A DNA stretch of 64,000 bases, from contig JAUFOQ010000016.1 in assembly GCA_040285855.1 (NCBI GenBank), positions 1,674,001-1,738,000 on the forward strand, given 5' to 3'. The stretch is from Eukaryota sp. GEM-RC1 (taxonomy: Eukaryota). Position 1 is the stretch's first letter. Every line of letters begins with the position of its first letter. The position numbers were made by a program, and so were the translations under genes. Below the pieces are notes generated by a model. The model saw nothing but the letters and a program-made list of their open reading frames with translations, searched no databases and was not told the DNA's origin. Below are positions 59,879 through 64,000 of the stretch, one piece after another.

Positions 59879-60829
59879 TTACAAAAACGATTTCAAAAAT
59901 GCAATAATTCCGTTGACATTCTTACCATATGCTGTTTCATTTGATAAGACAATCCCACCAAAGTTATCTAAAACATCACTTAAATGACAAACTTCTGATC
60001 TGGTAGGTAAAAGATTGTCTGTCATATGATCAAGAACTTCCCCTGCCATGATGAACTTTTCCTTAACATCAGAGTGTTTCCTGGCAAAGTCTTTAAACAT
60101 TTTATAGTAAACAGCGAGTTGCTTGAGACCCAATTGGCTGCCCAAATCACCACGACAAAGCCAAAACTCGTCAACTACTGGTACTAGACCTTCTAAAGCT
60201 TCTAAAGAAAGGGGAAGCTCAATTTTGGCGGCAATAAAGTTAGTAGGAGCATACTGCCTTAGAAAAGTGATATCATCAGCAGTACGAGTGAATGAAAGAG
60301 CATAAGCAACAAAAGGAAAGTGACACGTGGCACGAACCACCTCGAGGTCCTTGTCAGTTAAAGTTCTGACTGCGGGGTGAGGACTAATGTTGATTCCCTT
60401 AGAAGGACGAAGGGTTCCGCCACGGGTAACGACAGCAGTCATTGCAGACATTGAAACTTCTACCAGAACTTTACCATCATCGATACTAGCGTGAGTTACA
60501 TTGGAATCTGTTAATGCCTCAATTTCCCTCTCATCTAGAACAATGCAAGGGCCGTCGTTGGTGACGAAGTTAGTTGAGGCTAATATGGGAACGGTAGAAC
60601 TAGAAAGAACGTCACACTTTGGTTGCTTTTTGGAAAGGCGTAGTTTAGGACCTTGAAGATCAAGATAGATGCGCTTTAGGTATTGGTGTTTTGAAAGAGC
60701 TGTAACGACATCAACAACGTGGTCTAAGGTGCAATGTGAGACATTGATACGCAAAGAGGTTACAACATCATCATTAAGGGATGTATTGTATTGGGAGTTG
60801 ACAATTGTGGCGATAACAGAAGCAGTCAT
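59879..60829 (-). CDS. Pyruvate kinase-like protein, barrel only (316 aa, no C-terminal regulatory domain)
   Basis: IATI, RINVSH, DLQGPKLR, DDGK, ALSF, AKIE, RGDLG, PTRSEV, LSNETAYG. Confidence 0.88.
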   Translation of the reverse strand: MTASVIATIVNSQYNTSLNDDVVTSLRINVSHCTLDHVVDVVTALSKHQYLKRIYLDLQGPKLRLSKKQPKCDVLSSSTVPILASTNFVTNDGPCIVLDEREIEALTDSNVTHASIDDGKVLVEVSMSAMTAVVTRGGTLRPSKGINISPHPAVRTLTDKDLEVVRATCHFPFVAYALSFTRTADDITFLRQYAPTNFIAAKIELPLSLEALEGLVPVVDEFWLCRGDLGSQLGLKQLAVYYKMFKDFARKHSDVKEKFIMAGEVLDHMTDNLLPTRSEVCHLSDVLDNFGGIVLSNETAYGKNVNGIIAFLKSFL

Positions 60830-60855
60830 TTAGTTGATGTAAAGGAGATTCAATC

Positions 60856-62125
60856 CAGGGGTTGGAAAAAATATTTAAATAAATATCATGCCTAACAATA
60901 AATATTTCTATTGGTTCAGTTCAAACAATAAATATTGCAATACAGTTGACTAATAAATAAATATCGCAATTACTGCAATATTCCATAAATATTTCTGTGA
61001 CACAACTCTTCTTTGAATTGTATGACTAAAGAGTCTTTACATGTACGTTACCTATACTTTTGTACTTATCATAATATATTTTATGGAATCACATCGTATT
61101 AAAAACCGAAACAACCGGGGGTGGAAGTTGGTGTCGATATGCTTCTTCACGAACAGGATGAAAGGGTTGCTGTAAGTGCAGTGTTTACATTGCCATGCAA
61201 CCTTGCCAGCTGGAACTGATTCAGGCTGCGGATCCATGGGCTTGAAGTAGAACAATGCCACGTGGTGTGGTTTCAAGTCATGCGAAAGTGAACAGAAAAA
61301 AGTTCAGAAATTGTACGTTTCACATTACTATAAAATATTGGATTTTACTACAGTAGATTGTTTGTAACAAATCTTGTGTTAGTAGGATATTAGATTCTTC
61401 TTTTAATCTGCTAACAGCTGCTGAAAAGCTCAAACACTCCAAGTATGACTCTCAAGTATAAGAATTAAATAGATAATCATATTCCAAATTTGTGTTTTAA
61501 ACTTTGTCTGTTTCTCTTTTTGGATCTACTAGTCCTGCTGGTGATCAATTATTCAAGGATTTTGAAGAATTGTGTAAAGAAAAGAAGCGTAAGTTTAGTA
61601 TGGCTGAATGGAAAAACCGTATAGCGTTTTCCATATATCGGAATATGCCCTTCTATTTATCTAGATTAATTGAGAAATTGTACAAGTTTGGTGTGAAGGT
61701 TAATGTTGATAAACGAAATCATTTACCGGGTGGTGATGAAGTCGTTTGGATTTAATCTTAGTATTATATGTTTGTTTTTACAGTTTCATAGTTTTGTAGG
61801 AAGGTTACCTTATTGGGTGCCGAATAAAGATTAATAATGGAAACATTACTATAACCAAGGAGAAGAAACAAAAACCTGCAGTGACCGTAAGAATCAGCAC
61901 GAGATACAAGAAAATGTACCTTCTATAATTGTAGAGAACATGGTTTCGCACTTTCTTCAATTTGATAGAAACAAGAAAAATATTGCAATAAATATCATGA
62001 CGAACAATAAATATTGCAATCAACCATGACAAAAAATAAATATTTCAATATGTGATGGAAAAAATAAATATTTTTATGCAATAATATTTCAATATTTAAA
62101 TAGAAATATTTTTTTTCAACCCCTG
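60856..62125. mobile_element. 1270-bp non-autonomous hAT element with BED-finger remnant and internal foreign DNA
   Basis: TIR CAGGGGTTG(G/A)AAAAA; 8-bp TSD ATTCAATC (60848-60855, 62126-62133); subterminal AAATATT repeats; YF...WQCKHC remnant at 61052-61276 (-). Confidence 0.9.
61400..61800 (+). pseudogene. 3' end of an RLE non-LTR retrotransposon inside the hAT element
   Basis: AAEK.K..KYD then SLFGSTSP...FKDFEELCK...WKNRIAFSIYR, followed by a T-rich tail; resembles the fragment at 16325-16600. Confidence 0.6.
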
Positions 62126-62154
62126 ATTCAATCTACTGAATGAGAATAATGCTA

Positions 62155-63156
62155 CACTGTCATTGACAATTAGTCTTGGTGAGACTAATTCTTAAGACAC
62201 TTTCAATCAGGTGCACATATTACATTTTTTATGTGCTTCTGTATAAGTCTCTATATCTCTATATGCAATAACAGTGATGTTGATCTCAAAACAGTGTTTT
62301 ACAGTACCTCTTTCGTTGGACAAATGCAAAGTTGTATTGTATACAATTCAATGAACATTCTTTTGATATCACAATGTGAATTGGTTTAAAATCAGTGAAG
62401 TTAGTGTATGGTTGTGGGATTCAACCAAAACTTTTGATCGAAAGTCTGTTTTACCCATATTAACGAACAATGTAAATCGATACAAAACCATAAACGGTTA
62501 ATATCGTGTAAAATACTGAATGAAATATGGTTTAAAGACCATTTATTAAGACACCAACGTCCACTGTTTGACCTTAAAGTTGAAACACATTTTCTGTAAA
62601 GAGTATGTGATCAACAGTAACAGTTGTTTAATGAGATTGGTCAATGAGAAGAGGATGTGCGTTTTCGAGCTCTCAACTCAGCTTAAAGACTTTCAACAAG
62701 TTCTGAACACAGTTTTGAACAAGAAAACACTACGTCGTCCCCGGTACAAAGTGTTGTTTCAAACGATTAGTTCCAGTGACGTACTGGTGGACACAATGAC
62801 GACAATGAACTGTAGCTTCTGATACAACAGAACCTTTGGAAGGAGGTTGGTATACAATTAAAGCGTGATGCCAAATAATGTGGGATTTTGATACATCTCG
62901 AAAGGGATATGGAATATAGAGAATTTCGAGGACATGTATCAGCACGACGAAGAAGATGTTTATTTATAGGGTGTCTCAAGTTCAAAATCAAAATGCGCAG
63001 AAATGCGCGCATCTGGCGCATTTTGACGCATTTCATTTCTGGAAAAAGTGCGCGGGTGGTGTCAAGCACGTCAAGAAAACACTGAAAAATAGTCTCCCCA
63101 AGACTAATTTATGAGTGAGACTATTTGCCTAATGAGACTAATTGTCAATGACAGTG
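62155..63156. mobile_element. 1002-bp MITE-like element with 22-bp TIRs and TA flanks (Tc1/mariner-like)
   Basis: CACTGTCATTGACAATTAGTCT at 62155-62176, perfect inverse at 63135-63156; TA on both sides; AGACTAAT subterminal repeats. Confidence 0.9.
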
Positions 63157-63158
63157 TA

Positions 63159-64000
63159 CTAGTACATGTTCAGATTCAACTGAAATGCTATAACTATGAC
63201 AAATAACTGGACCTGCTCCAAATGATGCTCCACAATGGTCTTGATGTTGATACATGCTAACTTGTTAGGATTCCGAACCTTGGCGCTACCATGACATTCT
63301 TCTCTACATTCTTGGCACTTGCATCTCAACAAAGCGTGATACTTTACCAGAGATTCCTTCTTTCCTTTCCATGGTTTTGGATTAATGATTTTTTGAACAC
63401 TTTAACTGGCTTCCAACAAGTAGGACCCTTACAGAGTCATAGAAGGTTTCATAAACGGTTGACTTTGAGTTTTCTTTGGATGATGCCGACTCTTCTTGTT
63501 CAACTGTTTTTCCATCTTGGACAATGAATTTCTGTTTCTTTCCTCTTCTAAACGTTTAATGAATCTTGACCACCTGGACCATTCTGTTTCTGTCAATCTT
63601 AGCCACTCATATTCTTTGTCTCTTCTTTCTCGGTCTTTTTCTTCAGGAAATGGCCTATTTACTTCTCTCTGAACAAAAATAGAGTAAATCTGTTTTTCCA
63701 GGGTTAATAACACTTTTGTTTTCAATGAAAACTCGTCAACATCATAGTCTTGAACATATTCTTCTTTACTGGAGAACTTTGCACTGTCTGGTTTAAATAA
63801 CATTCCCACACATTCCTCTCTGGTAAGTTCAACACAAGCAGAGAAACCATCAGTTTTTATGGTATTGTTAAACTTATAACCTTTCTTTTAAATGGACGAT
63901 TAAAATTGACAAAGTGCGACCAGAATAAGTTTTGTTGTTCAGTAGATATTTTTGAGTTTCTCCTATCGTATTCCACTCAGATTGTCTTTTCTTGAATTCA
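63159..64000 (-). pseudogene. Decayed Fanzor1 (eukaryotic TnpB-like RuvC nuclease); runs off the right edge
   Basis: Across frames: GYKFNNTIKTDGFS, VINPGKTDLLY (RuvC-I-like), PTC...NPKPWK...YHALLRCKCQEC, VRNPNKLACINI (RuvC-III-like). Confidence 0.75.

Noticed and set aside
446..60829. Alternative genetic code
   Set aside because: Conserved genes end in TAA, TAG and TGA; the in-frame TAGs in SNU13 and PEPCK are intron acceptors.

Overview
Gene-dense, AT-rich genomic DNA from a flagellated eukaryote. It looks like a protist: standard code, very short spliceosomal introns, tiny intergenic gaps; the lineage cannot be fixed from sequence alone. Many genes are split by single-base shifts, mostly in homopolymers, which most likely reflects long-read consensus errors. 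Host genes: GCN2-like kinase, PIF1, SNU13, DRC7, a large CaaX-tailed ankyrin protein, an HxxxDG acyltransferase, LKR/SDH, an LRR protein, DNAJC17, GET3, an MCM-domain protein, RRN3, tRNA-Lys(CTT), GTP-PEPCK, F-BAR/SH3, SNU66, an EHD-like GTPase and a short pyruvate kinase. About a third of the window is mobile DNA. This includes a full-length hAT transposon nested in the gag of a chromodomain Ty3/Gypsy element, a second Gypsy with identical 93-bp LTRs and no canonical PBS inserted in the LRR gene, four MITE-like elements with different TSD types, and RLE non-LTR fragments. Most notable: a decayed Fanzor1 (eukaryotic TnpB-like) gene at the right edge that the ORF track does not reveal, and an unexplained pseudoknotted RNA-like fold at about 16.9-17.04 kb.
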